Shown: positions 24,837-38,908 of the stretch, one piece after another
Layout of the letters: each line of letters opens with the position of its first letter
Numbering within the stretch: position 1 is the first letter of the stretch
From: Camelus ferus
Taxonomy: Eukaryota
Reading direction: 5' to 3'
Length of the DNA: 64,000 nt
Assembly: GCF_009834535.1 (NCBI RefSeq)
Contig: NC_045696.1
Location: 118,980,001 to 119,044,000 of the forward strand
The notes under the pieces: generated by a model
What the model was told of the DNA's origin: nothing
What the model saw: only the letters and a program-made list of their open reading frames with translations
The model's database searches: none
Translations under genes and position numbers: made by a program

Positions 24837-25149
24837 GACACTGCCCCACATCTTTGGATTAGGGCTGAAAAACTCCAACTGACAGATATAGCCTAAACCA
24901 GACTTTTTTTAAATGCTCATTTGAATAGAACCAACCAAAAAAACAAATCAACAAAGGAAAAGAACAAATGGCTCCATGGTTAGTCCTGATATTATATCCA
25001 TATTGTAAAGTGCCCCTTTTGTAAAGTGACTGGTTCAGGACTGAGTTTGGATGAGTGAGTGCTGATTTGTCCAGTTCTCATGGTGCAGACGTCCCGCAAA
25101 GGCAACAAAGACGTGAACAGCCCACACCCTTTGTGTCCCACCACCCCTG

Positions 25150-25830
25150 GGGCGCAAGCTCCCTGTCACACGTCTCTCACCTTGAAGGCAAAGCTAAGCT
25201 GTGTCCACCCTACTTCCCCCTGTACCACCTCCACTGCCTCCATTCCCATCCAGGCCTCTGTCATGTCTCCTCTAGGCTCCTCGGAGTCGTCAGAGCAGCC
25301 CCTTCCCATGCTTGCGTCCTTCTAATTCACTCTCTGTGTGGCTGACAGAGGGAGCTTTCAAAATTATAAGTGCCGTTTCTTAACTTCAAGCCTTTCTGTG
25401 ATTCTGCCCTAGGAGCAAAGGCTGAGCTCCTTAGTTGCCCTACCAGCCCTGGGGTAATCCAATCCCTGCCCTCCTCTGCAGCCTCATCCTCTCCTCCCTA
25501 CTTCTGTCCACCTGCTCCAGTCACTCCACGGTTTTGTGAATGGGCCAGGTTCTTTCCTATACCCGCTGGGAACCCTCTTCCATCTCCTTCTCACCAGAGC
25601 CATCACCCCCTCAGGAAAGCCACCCTCACCAACTGCCCCATCTGTGTTTGGCCCCTCCCAGGACCCTATACTGATTCCTTATAGACTTGACTATGTGACT
25701 GCTTTGCTGTGTATGTTTCTACTACTCCATGTTAAGCTCCATGAGGGCAGAGATCTTGTCTGTCTGTCTGACCACCAGACACCCAACATCAGACACAGTG
25801 CCAGGTTCATAACACTTATTTAAAAATGAA
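25150..25830 (+). mobile_element. L2 3' fragments
   Basis: taagctccatgagggcagagatcttgtctg…acagtgccagg. Confidence 0.6.
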
Positions 25831-26611
25831 GAGACAATTTTATCATAGCCCAATCTTACTCTCACCAATTTTTCAAGGAGAATTTCTTACCCTTCTGCCA
25901 GAAAATAAAGGCTCTGATCCTAGCTGTTGATAACTTCTGTTTGGCTATCTAAAACACTATGTTCCAGGTTTTCTGGAGCTAGACACTAGGTGAACAGCAA
26001 ATTATGCTCATGGGTTCAGAAACACAATATTCTTCTACACAAAAATCATTTTGAAAAAATATGTCATCAGAATATGTTGGAAGGCTTTAAAAGCAAAGCC
26101 TGTAACTACTCCCTCAAGGCTTAGAGTCCCAGCAAAGCGATAAAGTCCCCAGTGGTTCTGAAACCCACCAAGCCTCTCCGCAGCTCTGCCTCTGCTCAGC
26201 CAGCCCCTCGGAGGCCCCGCCAGCCAGCGCCAAGGTCAGAGTTTGCATTTCCCACAGCGGGGCTCCATCTAGATTCCGGGTGGGATCACCTGTTAGGAAT
26301 CTGACTGTCCACCTTTCAAGGCAGTGTTTTCTGGGGGAGGGGGAGAGGGATGGGGTTGGTGTGGGAGGCTGTTGGTATAAAGGGGTGAGAAAAAGGTGTG
26401 AAGTGGTCCAAGAGATTCGGGAGAAGCTTCAACCGCTGATCAGCCAGCCAGGATGTGACCAGACGAGCAGAGGAGCACAAGAAGGGATTTAGTTAGGGGC
26501 TGGGCCTTTCGCAGCTGGAGGATTTGGTTCTCAGTCTCTGTGAGGCTCCGTGCCTGGTGTTAGAACCCAAAGTCTTCAGCAGGTTGTTGGGAAGGGGAGG
26601 TGGACACGAAG

Positions 26612-26844
26612 CAGCAGCTCTTTATCAGGGTCTGCCCCCCCCTCCCCTACCCCACGTGCCTGATATCCTGATATTTGACAATATCTGGAGACATTTTGGG
26701 TTGTCACAATTTGGAGACAGGATGCTGGCATCCAATAGGTAGAGGCCAGGGATGATGCTAAACATCCTACTATGGAAGGAAAATGCCCCACAATGAAGAA
26801 TTATCTCACCCAAACATCAACAGGACTAAGATTGAGAAATTCTG
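26612..26844. mobile_element. MER20 hAT-Charlie
   Basis: tctggagacattttgggttgtcacaa…gtagaggccagggatgatgctaaacatccta…ttgagaaa. Confidence 0.85.
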
Positions 26845-27315
26845 ATTTAAATGAGGAACAGACTGGAACACATGAGTGTAATCGGGAGCCCAGAAAGTTG
26901 GATGAGAACCAAGTCTCTCTCAGCTTCAGCGTGCAGGGGTCCTGAGGTAGCAGCGGGTGCCTTCTGTCCCAGAGCTAACCCTGCCCGTGGCTCATGGGTC
27001 AGGGAAGCCGAAGAGAGAACCAGGGGCAAGGGGGGAAGCTGCAGGCCCAGCTGCTGCTCCACCCCAACCACGCGGGGCTGCCGGTCACGATGGAGTGCGT
27101 GAGCCACAGCAGCGCCTGGCGCCTCTGCACCTACCGCCCCACAGCCCCCAGCTCCACTCCCTCCACGTAGCAGCAACACGGCCGCTGCTTCCAAATCTTG
27201 GCCAAAACATGTCTGTGGCCGACCTTAAACATATGGGGAAGAAAATTCTGGAAAATGTAGGTCAGCATTATCAAGCTGACACTTGATAAAACCACCACAG
27301 GTTATACATGGAAGA

Positions 27316-27427
27316 GTTATGTTAGGGTTCTCCAGAGAAGCAGAACCAGGTGGATGTGTAGATGGATGGATGGATACATTAGATACACAGGTTAGTAGGT
27401 AGGTAGGTAGGTAAGTAGGTAGGTAGG

Positions 27428-27478
<51 letters not shown>

Positions 27479-27912
27479 GTAGATAGATAGATAGAAAGAC
27501 AGATAGATAAGGAATTAGTTCATGTGATTGTGGAAGCTGACAAGTCCCAGGATCTGTAGTCAGCAAGCAGAGACCCAAGAGAAGTGGTGTGGGTCCCGTC
27601 TGAAAGCTGGCAGGATGGAGACCTTAAAAAAGTGGATGTTTCAGTTCAAGTCTGAACACAGGAGGAGACCAAGGTCCCAGCTCAAAGTCAGTCAGGTAGA
27701 AGACATCTTCTCTTACTCAGCCCTTTTATTCTATTCAACTGATTGGATGAAGCCCACCCACTTTAGGGAGGGCAATCTGCTCTACTCAGGATACAAATTT
27801 GAATGCTAATCTCATCCAGAAACACATGCACAGACACACCCAGAATAATGCTTGACCAAGTATCTGGTACCCCATGGCTGAGTCAAGTTGACATATGAAA
27901 TTAACCACCTCA
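27316..27912 (-). mobile_element. MLT2B-like ERVL LTR
   Basis: ttagggttctccagagaagcagaacca…gtcaagttgacatatgaaattaacca. Confidence 0.9.
27394..27509. repeat. Compound (TAGG)n(TAGA)n microsatellite
   Basis: Directly visible tetranucleotide array inside the MLT2. Confidence 0.97.
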
Positions 27913-28819
27913 AATTGCTTAAAGCATTTCATAGGTTGTGTGTCAGTAACACAGGGAGTTGAATAAGGGGTTGCTCACTTCAGACTCTCTTTAGAACCTT
28001 GAGTGTATACTATGTATTGATTTTCTCTCATTGACCTTCACTCCTGTTTTCAGATCTGTTCTTACTCATTTTTTTAATCCTCAGCTCCAAGCAAAGGGCT
28101 TGGCACATAGTGGGTGCTCAATGGATACTGGTTACATAAATGCATGCTTTTAATGTGGAAAGAACCCAAGCAAAACTGTGAATAGTCAGTTACTTTAGGT
28201 GGATTTGGTCCTCACAAAGGAGTTGTGTTTAGGAGTTCTGAAGTCATCAGACTTCTAAATACCATTCCAGTTCTCCTACAACAACATCTTCTGAAACCTT
28301 CCTCGGGATATTCCACAATGCCCTACTAGAGTGCTATATTAAAGTGAAAAACAAATTGATCTTTTCTCTCTTTAGGAATAAAGTAGTATAAAAATACAAA
28401 TTTCAAGAGCTAACACTTTAAGTGTAATCAACTTATCAAGATCATTTTTCACCTTCAAAACATAACAATTAAGCAGCAGAACAATACATTCTAAAATCTG
28501 AAGCAGCAAGAATCCATCGGAAGAGAAAAAGAGCAAAGGAAAACCTCTATTTTCCCTCTATCCACAATAGATATCACTACATTCAACTGGAGATAAAAAT
28601 CTTACAGACGTGAGAGCACTAAGGGAAACAAAATCATTGCTTCCCTAATTTTTCTGAAGGAGAAAAATGAAATTCTCCTGAACTTCCCTGATCATCAAGA
28701 AAAATCACATTATCTCAAAGAGGTTTTTAGAAGTCATATTATATTAAATAGGTTAAATAAAGGACCAAAATCTCTACTTCTGTAAACTTCATCATTCCAT
28801 GATATTAATAATTTCTGAA

Positions 28820-29430
28820 GTTACTATGCCACTTGTGAGCTACATGATCTTGAAAGGGGGAAGGAGGAGTGAGATGGACCCTCCAATCCATAAATGGAAG
28901 CCCTCACCCAAGTGTGATGATTTGTGGAGATGGGGTTTGGGGGAGATAATTAGGTTTAGGTGAGGTCATGAAGGTGGGGCCCTTATAATCCCTTATAAAG
29001 GATTAGTGCCCTTATAAGAGAAACCAGAGAGCTTGCTCTAGCTTGTTCCCTCCTTTCCTGCCCCTTCCTTCTGTTTCTGCCACATGAGGACACAGTGAGA
29101 AGGCTGCTGTTTGCAAGCCAGGAAGAGAACCTCACCAGAACTCAACCATGCTGCCTCCCTTATCTCAGATCTCCAGCCTCCAGAGCTTTGAGAAAATAAA
29201 TTTCTGTTGCTTAAGCCACCTGGTCTATGGTATTTTGTAATGACAGCCCTAACTGACTAGTGCAGGGAGGCACTAAACTTCTCTGAGCTTCAGTTCCTCA
29301 TCTGTAATATGGAGGTAATTATATCTAAGCCACAGGGTTATTGAAAGATTCAATGAAATAATATATAATGAGAGCTTTTAATTAACTGCAAAGAATAGTA
29401 CAAATGCATGATCTTATTCCATGATTATTT
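28820..29430 (+). mobile_element. MIR interrupted by an MLT1A LTR (~28875-29262)
   Basis: MLT1A motifs (gaggtcatgaaggtggggccc, gcaagccaggaagagaacctcaccagaa); MIR resumes ctctgagcttcagttcctcatctgtaa. Confidence 0.8.
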
Positions 29431-29812
29431 ATATAACTAATTAGCATCTGTAGAGTACTTTACAGTTTATAATATACCTTTAAGCACTTCAATTTGATGG
29501 TTAAAACAACTGTATTCGATTTACAAAACAGTACGCTCATCTTGCTAATGAGGAACTGGAATTCGTAACTAGAAAACCAGGTCTTCTGACACCAAATCCA
29601 GCAGTATCCCCACTCTACTCTTAAAAGTACTGTTCAACTTTAACAAGACACCAAAGAGGTGTGATGAAGGCTCTACACAAATGTTAAGAACTTTCCTCTC
29701 TAGCTATTGCCCACCAACTCCTTCCATTCATTGTTTATATGGTGGGTGGTACTGATTTGTTTCCGGCACAAGTATGAAGTGTAGGCACTCCTTGTTAAGA
29801 AAGAAGGTGAGA

Positions 29813-32800
29813 CGCTCCTTGACTTCAGACTATACTACAAAGCTAGAGTAATCAAAACAGCATGGTACTGGCACAAATAGGGACATGGATCAATGGAACA
29901 GGATAGAGAGCCCAGAAATAAACCCACACACTATGGTTAGTTAACTTACAACAAAGGAGTATACAGTGGAGACAAGACAGCCTCTTCAATAACTGGTACT
30001 GGGAAAAGTGGACAGCTACATGTAAAAGAATGAAATTAGAACATTCTCTAGCACCATATACAAAAATAAACTCAAAATGGATTAAAGACATAAGTGTAAG
30101 ACTGAATACCAAAAAACTGGAGGAAAACATAGGCAGAACACTTTGACATAAATTGTAGTAATAGCTTTTTGGATCAGTCTCCTAAAGTAAAGGAAAGAAA
30201 AGCTAAAATAAACAAATGGGATCTAATTAAACTTAAAAGGTTTTGCACAGAAAAGGAAACTGCTGGCAAGATGAAAAGACAACCTACTGAATGGGAGAAA
30301 CTTATGATATGACCAATGAAGGGTAATATTCAACATATATAAGCAGCTCATACAACTCAACATCAAAAAAACCAAACAACCCAATTAAACAATGGGGAGA
30401 ACTGAACAGACATTTTTTTTTTTCCAAAAAGGACATACAAATGGCCAACAAGTATATGACAAGGTGTCAACATCCCTAATTATCAGGGAAATACAAATCA
30501 AAATCACAATGAGATATCACTTCACATTTGTTAGAATGGCTACTATTAAAAAGATAAGAGATAATAAATACTGGCCAGGATATGGAGAAAAGCAAACCCT
30601 GGTATATTTTTGATGGGAATGTAAATTAGTGCAGCCACTGTAGAAAACAGTACGGAGGTTTCTCAAAAAACTAAAAATAGAACTACCACATGACCCAGCA
30701 GTTCCACTCCCGGGTATACATCCAAAAAAACCACAAAACACAAAAACGCTAACTCAAAAAGATACATGCACCTCAATGTTCATAGCAGCATTATTTTTAA
30801 CTGCCAAGATATGGAAGCAATCTATGTCCATCAACAGATTAAGGAATAAAGATGTGATAAATACATACAATGGAATATTACTCTTCCGTGAAAAAGAACA
30901 AAATTTTGCCATTTGCAACAACATGGATGGACTTGGAGGGTATCACGCTTAGTGAAATAAGTCAGGAAGAGAAAGAAAAATATCACTTTTATGTGCAAAC
31001 TAAAAAATACAACAAACTAGTGAATATAAAAAAAAAGCAGACTCAACAGATGTAGAGAACAAACTGGTGGTGATTTATCAGTGGGGAGAGAGGGGTGGGG
31101 AAAGGCAATATAGGGGTACAGGATTAAGAGGTACAAACTACTAGGTATTAAATAAGCTACAAGGATACACTGTGAAAACACAACTATACAAAAGCCTTGG
31201 GATGCAGCAAAGGCAGTCCTAAGAGGGAAGTTCATAGCAATATGGACCTTCTTCAAAAAATGAGAACAATCTCAAAGAAACAGCCTAATCTACCACTTAA
31301 AAAAATTAGAAAAAAAAAAAGAACAAAACCTAAAATCAGCAGAAGGAAAGAAATAATAAAGATCAGGGAGGAAATAAATGAAATAGAGAATTAAAAAACA
31401 GAAAAAATCAATAAAACAAAGAGCTAGTTTTTTGAAAGAGTAAAAAAACTGACAAACCTCTGACCAGACTCACCAAGAAGAAAAGAGAGAGGACACAAAC
31501 AAAATTAGAAATGAAAGAGAAGCAATAACACCCAACACAACAGAAATACAAAGGAACCTTAAGAGAACATTATGAACAACTATATGCCAACAAACTGAAC
31601 AACCTAGAAGAAAGAGACAAGTTTCTAGACCACCAAGTATCAAGTCCATCAAAACTGAATCAAGATGAAATAGATATTTTAAACAGATGGATTATTAGAA
31701 GTAAAACAGAATCAGTAATAATAATAAAAAAAAAAAACCAAAAAACTCCCTGCAAACAAAAGTCCAGGACTAGATGCCTTCACTGGGGAATTCTACCAAA
31801 TGCGCAAAGAAGAACTTATACCAATCCTTCTCAAAGTCTTCCAATAGAATGAAGAAGAGGGAATCTGCCAAACTCATTCTATGAAGCCATCATCACCCTC
31901 ATACCAAAACCCAACAAATACACTACCAAAAAAGAAAATTACATGCCAATATCTTTGATGAATACAGATGCAAAAATTTTCAACAAAATATTAGCAAAAC
32001 AAATCCACTAACACATAAAAAAGATCATACACTAAAATCAAGTTGGATTCACCCCAGGGACACAAGGATGTTTCAACATATACAAATCAGTTAATGTGAC
32101 AGCATACATAAACAAAAAGAAAAGACAAAAATCACTTGATCATCTCAATAGATGCAGAAAAAGCACTTGATAAAATTCAACATGTATTCATGATAAAAAC
32201 TCTTACCAAAGTGGGTATAAAGGGAACATATCTCAACATAATAAAAGCTGTTTATGACAAACCCACAGCCAACATAATACTCAACAGTGAAAAGTTGAAA
32301 GCCTTCCTGGTAAAAATCTGGACTAAGACAAGGATACCCACTCTTACCACTTCTATTCAACATAGTATTGGTAGTCCTAGCCACAGCAATCAGATGAGAA
32401 AAAGAAATGAAAGGGATCCAAATTGTAAGAGAAGAGGTAAAATTATCACTATATGCAGGTGACATGATACTATATATAGAAAACCCTAAGGACTCCACAC
32501 AAAACCTATTAAAGCTGATAAACAAATTCAGCAAAGTAGCAGGATACAAGATTAATACACAGAAATCTGTTGCATTTCTTTACACTAACAGTGAAATATC
32601 AGAAAAGGAAAGTTAAAAAAATCCCTTTTAAAATCGCATCAAAAAAATGAAATACTCAGGAATAAATCTGACCAAGAAGGTAAAGACTTATATGCAGAGA
32701 ACTATAAAATATTGAGTAAGGAAATTAAAGATGATTTGAAGAAATGGAAAGATATCCCATACTCCTTGATTGGAAGAATTAATATTGTTAAAATGGTCAG

Positions 32801-34676
32801 ACTACCCAAAGCAATCTACAGATTTAATGTAATATCTATCAAAGTACCCAGGACATTTTTCACAGAACTAGAACAAATAATCCTAAAATTTATATGGAAT
32901 CACAAAAGACCCAGAATTGCCAAAGCAATACTGGAGAACAATGCAGGAGGCATAGCCCTCCCGACTTAAGACAGTAAGTACTACAAAGCTACAGTACAGT
33001 ATACTATTGGCACAAAATCAGACATATGGATCAATGGGAACAGAACAGAGAGCCTAGAAATAAACCCACACATCTACAAATAACGTTCAACAAAGGAGGC
33101 GAGAATATACAATGGAGAAAAGACAGTCTCTTCGACAAGTGGTGTTGTGAAAGCTGGACAGCTGCATGTAAATCAATGAAATGAAAACACTCCCTCACAC
33201 CATACACAAAAATAAACTCAAAATGCCTTAAAGTTTAAATATAAGACAAGATACCATAAACACCCTAGAAGAGAACATAGGCAAAACATTCTCTGATATA
33301 AATCATAGAAATGTTCTCCTAGGTGAGTCTACCAAGGCAACAGAAATAAAAGCAAAAATAAACAAATGGGACCTAATTAAATCTATAAGCCTTTGCGCAG
33401 CAAAGGAAACTATAAACAAAATGAAAAGACAACCTACAGAATGGGAGAAAATATTTGCAAACAATGTGACTGACAATGGCATAATTTCTGGAATATACAA
33501 ACAGCTCATACAACTCAATAACAACAACAACAACAAAATAACCCAGTCAAAAATGGGCAGAAGACCTAAACAGACATTTCTCCAATGAAGACATACAGAT
33601 GGCTAACAGGCACATGAAAAAATAGTCAATATTGCTGATTATCAAATGAATGCAAATTAAAACTACAATGAGATATCACCTCACACCAGTCAGAATGGCC
33701 AGTGTTACAAAGTCCATAAACGATTAATGCTGGAGAGTGGGGAAAAGGGAACCGTTCTACACTGTTGGTGGGAATGTAGTTTGGTGCAGCCATTATGGAC
33801 AATAGTATGGAGATTTCTTTAAAAAACCAAAAATAGAGTTACCACATGATCCAGCAATCCCACTCTAGGGCGTATATCCAGAGGAAACTAATTTGAAAAG
33901 ACACATGCACCCCAATATTCATAGCAGCACTATTCACAATAGCCAAGACATGGAACCAATCGAAATGTCCATCAACAGATGATGGGATAAAGAAGATGTG
34001 GTATTTATCTTCAATGGAATACTACTCAGCCAGAAAAAGAATGAAATAATGCCATTTGCTGGAACATGGATGGACCTGGACATCATCATTCTAAATGAAG
34101 TAAGCCAGAAAGAGAAAAATACCATATGATATCACTTATATGTGGAATCTAAAACAAAGACACAAGTGAATTTATTTAAAAGCAGAAAGAGACCCACAGA
34201 CGTAGAAAACAAATGGGGGGGGAGGGGGAAAGAGAGGGATAAATTGGGAGTTTGAGATATGCAGATACTAACTACTATCTATAAAACAGATAATCAACAA
34301 GATCCTACTGTACAGCACAGGGAACTCTATTCAATAGCTTATAGTAACCTATAATGAAAAAGAATATGAAAAGGAATGTATATGTATATGTATATGTATG
34401 ACTGAAACATTATGCTCTACACCAGAAAAAATTTTTTCTACACCAGAAATTGACACAATGTTGTAAACTGACTCTACTTCAATATACAAAAAAAAAAAGA
34501 AGGAATATATATATATTTTTTAAAGGATATGCTGTACAACATGGGGAATATAGCAAATATTTCATAATAATTATAAATGCGATGTAACTTTTAAAATTGT
34601 GACCCGCAATCTTATACACCTTGTATCATATTGTATGTCAACTACACTTCAATTAAAAAATTAAAATAAAATAAAC
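29813..34676 (+). mobile_element. Older L1 3' fragment (29813-31173 plus 34523-34676) hosting a nested L1
   Basis: 3'UTR continues across the insert; TSD agaaagaaggtgaga / agaaagaggatgaga; TT|AAGA endonuclease site. Confidence 0.9.
31174..34522 (+). mobile_element. Nested 5'-truncated L1 (disrupted ORF2 RT plus 3'UTR)
   Basis: LWDAAKAVLRGKF…DAEKALD…YAGD; TSD aaggatacactgt / aaggatatgctgt. Confidence 0.95.
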
Positions 34677-34774
34677 AGAAAGAGGATGAGAGAAGATTCC
34701 TGAATGACTATAACAATTACAAGAAATCTGAAAATTTGGCAGGCAGAGCAGAACGAGAAAAGAGAAATATAAAG

Positions 34775-34990
34775 GTTGGTTAATGACACAGATTCTTGAT
34801 TCTAATCTCAGCTTTCTCAGTTATGAACTATGAACTGTTAGGCAAGTTAACGTGAATTGAGCCTCAATTTCTTCATCTATAAAACGAGGATAATAACAAA
34901 ACCTACTTCACATGGCTGCTTAAGAATTAGGTGAGTTGACCCATGTAAAGTGCTTAGGACAGCTTCTGACACAAAATAAGAGTGCAGTTT
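34775..34990 (+). mobile_element. MIR
   Basis: ggcaagtta…gcctcaatttcttcatctataaaacgagg…tgtaaagtgctta. Confidence 0.8.
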
Positions 34991-35494
34991 ATGTGACCTC
35001 ATGAAGGTGACAGTGGCAAGGAAAAGGTGGATGACAACAAAAGAAAGGAGGATTCACAGCCCCTTCCTCTCTTTTCGGGAGACAGAAGCCTGTGTGCCTT
35101 CGTGAGCTACCAGTGTTGGATTTGCTGGCTGGGGACATGGGTAAAGGGACCACATAATTTATAGCTTTTGAGTGCAAAAGAAGATTCTAAAAAGAATTCA
35201 TATTAGGTAATTTTGTAAAATAGTTTTAAATGACCATTTGATTTCATTCTATTAATAGACCTATAAAAGAGTTTTATTCAAAAACTATTTTCAAAAAGAA
35301 AATTAATTCCCCAAAATAAATGCATTGCATATTTTGTACATTAAAGCTAAATTAAAAACTTCTTTATAGCGCTTATGTGCATTTTAAAATATAACCCAAG
35401 TAGAACAGTTATATTTGATGAATATTCATTTACTTTAATTAGGTTCTTAGCTGACTCTAACACCACCATTGATATTTTTCCAAGGTAGTCTTAC

Positions 35495-35662
35495 TTTTTT
35501 CATAAAATAACCTGTGACCTTCTCTAAAGGTGCGTCTTGTGGTTAATAATTTCAAAAGTGTTGACACCTTCAGTGACTCCTCGCTGTAGACCACACGATT
35601 TAACTGAGAAGCTATTCCCTCTGTAGATGCTGAGGTCCCTGGTAAAATCACAGTAAATTCTG
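35495..35662 (-). pseudogene. Open 168-nt phase 1-1 exon resembling the C-terminal half of an RGS domain
   Basis: ctgtcttctgtgtAG acceptor, AAA|GTAAGA donor; EFTVILPGTSASTEGIASQLNRVVYSEESLKVSTLLKLL…. Confidence 0.6.
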
Positions 35663-36299
35663 CTACACAGAAGACAGTCTCAACTCTAACTTTTAAATTT
35701 TAATATTTACGTATTTCAGCCCAAATATTTTTACATATTTTGTCTTTTTGTCTCCATTCCAAATTACCCTTCTTCAACAGACAGTATTATAAAACTTGTC
35801 AAATAAATTAGCTCTGTTAATGATCACTATAGATACTACAGAATACAGCCTTCTCAATCTCACTGCCTTCTAATAATATCAATTTATCCAATTTAAAATG
35901 AGGGCTCAAAGACAAGGAGGGGGAGCTCTGTCCCAAGAGTCCACCCCACTTCTGGAACATTCTTACTGCCCCTCTGCTCTCAGCCTACCTTCCCCTGACT
36001 TGGCCTCCACACTTTCTGTTCTCCTAGGCTACATACAACCACTTGTTACGTGATTCCACTCAATCCTGGCAATGTTCCCTTTAATGTCTCCTCCCACCTG
36101 GTTCCACAGGACACGAACCACGTCTGACCTGTTCACGGTTCTGTCCAGTCCAGTGCTCGACACGTAGTGAGACCTCAGTAAATAATAATGGAACAAGTGA
36201 ACGAACAACCCACCCTAAGAAGGAACACATAATCAGATTCAATCTGTAAGAACCCAATAAGATCCCATGAAATCTGACTTAAAGCCATTTTTCCCCTTA

Positions 36300-36810
36300 G
36301 TAGTAACGTTACAATGGAGAGACCTGGTAGACCTACTATGTGATCAAAACTAACATCACCAGGAATAAGGCATATTGACACCATGTTCCCACTGACAGGA
36401 TGCACTGAGAAAGGCACATCGTCGCTTCAGTGGTGCTCCTGCCAAAAAGCTATAACCTCAATCTAACCATGAGAAAACATCAAACAAACCCAAATTGAGG
36501 GCCGTTCCACCAAATAACTGACAACTGGCCTGGACTCTTCCAAAGTGTTAAGGTTACAAAAGACAAAGCCTGAGCAAGTGTCACAGAGTAGAGGCGAACA
36601 CAGAGACATAACCATTATATGCAACGTGGGGTCTAGGATCGGATGCTGGAGCAGTAAAAAGGGCAAAAGGTAAAAAGTGAAAAGCTGGAAAATTTGAATA
36701 ATGCTTGTAGATTATTTAATAATATTTTACCAATGCTAATTTGGCACTGACAATAGTACAGTGTCCATGTAACATGTTAACATTAGGGGAAATTGGGTAA
36801 AAGTTAAAAG
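36300..36810 (+). mobile_element. L1MC/L1MD-like 3'UTR
   Basis: aatctaaccatgagaaaacatcaaacaaacccaaattgaggg…. Confidence 0.8.
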
Positions 36811-36922
36811 AAGTATTTTCCCCAGTTATTTATTCAAAGACCAAAACAAATATTCTGCAAACAGCTACCTTAAATGCCAAATTTACAATGTTTTCTCTTG
36901 CCTGAGAACCTCCATTGGTTAA

Positions 36923-37112
36923 TTTATTTTATTATTTTTTTTAATTGAAGCATAGTCGGTTTACAGTGTGTCAATTTCTGGTGTACAGCGTAATGTTTCA
37001 ATCATACATATACATACACGTATTTGTTTTCATATTCTTTTTCATTATAGGTTACTACAAGATATTAAACATAGTTCCCTGTGCTGTACATCAGAAACTT
37101 GTTATCTGTTTT
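36923..37112 (-). mobile_element. Young L1 3' end
   Basis: tttttttaattgaag…tgtcaatttctggtgtacagc. Confidence 0.85.
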
Positions 37113-38464
37113 TGCGAAGAATCTTCTTGTATTTCGAAGTAAGAAATAGTCTGCCCACGTTCATAAGGTGTTCTATGTGAATTGATCGGTCTTAGTTGTA
37201 ATTTTTGGCGTATTCGTGGGAGAGGATGTGTCCTTTTACTCTGCCATCTTGGCAAGCCCTCCTTCATTGGTTCATTATTGCTGACTTATCAAGCCTGCCC
37301 ACTGTCAATGCCCCTTCCTGCCTGCCTACCTGTGGGAGCAGACCCTCCCCATTCCCTGCAGCAGCTCTGGTGTTGTCAGCACTGTCCTTGTCTTTGCACA
37401 CACCCGGTTTCCCAGTGGCCAATGTCTCCCCCTTTCCAGCTTCTGCCAAAGGCGTGGGCCCTCCCCATCTTTAATGTGGCCCAGAGGTCACCTCCTGAGG
37501 GCCTCCCAGAATTTGTCCTTCCAAGGCTGATGATTCCATCCCCTCTCATGGCCTGGCCCTTGGATGAATCTGTGCCCTGAGGCGTGACTTTATTATGTGC
37601 TGTGAAGTCTCATCTTGCTGGTATGCTGTGACCCCAAATAACTTATGGTGCCCATAACCCCTAAGGGTCCCTTCAGGCCCTTTCAATGTAGGATGCATGT
37701 AGCCTGTAATGAGGAGTTTATGAGTGAGGAATGTGAAGGCCCAGAGAGGCTAAGTGACTTGCCCGGAGTCCCACAGTGTGTGAATGGCAGGGGCCCACAC
37801 TGCCCAGCTCTCCTGAGTGGCTGTGCTGTGCTAAGCACCCGTCTCAAGACACACTGGGGAGATGAGCTGCAGGCAGGCCGAGTTGCTGCAAGTCTGGACA
37901 AGGAGTTTGGCCTTCAGCCTATTACAGTGAGGCACCATGCAGGATTATAAGCCTGGGCCAGCTCTCATCATGTCACTCTCGCACTCAAAAATCTGCGTGG
38001 TTCCTACATAATAAACTCTACACCACAAACTCTAAAACCCTTAGGGCAGCACTCAACCATCCCCTATCCAACCTGCTTTTGATTTACTTTGCCAACCTTA
38101 CCTCCTACCTTTCCCTGTCACGTCATCCAAATTCAAGCGAAGGGTAGGCTTATCCACCCCCATGGTCTCCCCAGCACCCAGCAAAGTAGCTGACACGTTG
38201 AACAAAAGAACCCCAGTTTCCTCCCAAGTGTTGGGCAGTAATGTTCCCCCAGTCAGTGAAGCCTTTCCTTCATCTCATCTGTGTTTCCACCTCATTTATT
38301 AAGGCCTAGCCTAAATGCTTCCTTCTCCCCAAAGTCTGTTGTAACAAAATCCCTCCTGTTAGAAGAGTGGCAAGCTGCCGCCCTCCTCTAAGGGTTCACA
38401 CATCTCATCTCCTTCCAAACACGCCATCTTTGGCAGGGCCGGGTCTGTGTCTGTTTTGCCTCTG

Positions 38465-38908
38465 TTGCAGAGGCTGTGGTGCCCGCCGCCCCCTCCAGAG
38501 GCCCTCTGCCAGCCCCATGCCCCAGCTCCCCTGAGGACTGACTGCAAACGGCTCACAGATGCCTCCTCTGTCCTGAGACTAGACCTCGGCTGGCAGGCTC
38601 TCCCTTGCCCCTGGAGGTGACACCCCCGGTCCCTGCAGGGGCAGTCCACAGCCAACAACTGACTGATACGAGGTACAGAAAGCCAGCCCCCTGGCCTCAG
38701 TGGCCACCACCCGGAGCTGTGGGTGCTCTGGAGCCCCCACAAGTCAGGCCAAGGCCGCCCGAGTCCACGTCCTTGCTCAGCACCTCCCCCTGTCTCATCG
38801 GGCTGCACACTCGCCCTTCTAGGTCTGTCCTCGAGGCCATTCCCTCAATAAATCACTTTCAGGAAAATTCCCATTTCAGGCTCGCTTCTTGGAACCTGAT
38901 GCAGAGCA
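38465..38908 (+). mobile_element. LTR33/LTR16-like ERVL LTR
   Basis: agccaacaactgactgatac…caataaatcact…tcaggctcgcttct. Confidence 0.65.

Noticed and set aside
27225..27578. ORF with YLSI repeats
   Set aside because: Translation of the TAGA microsatellite.
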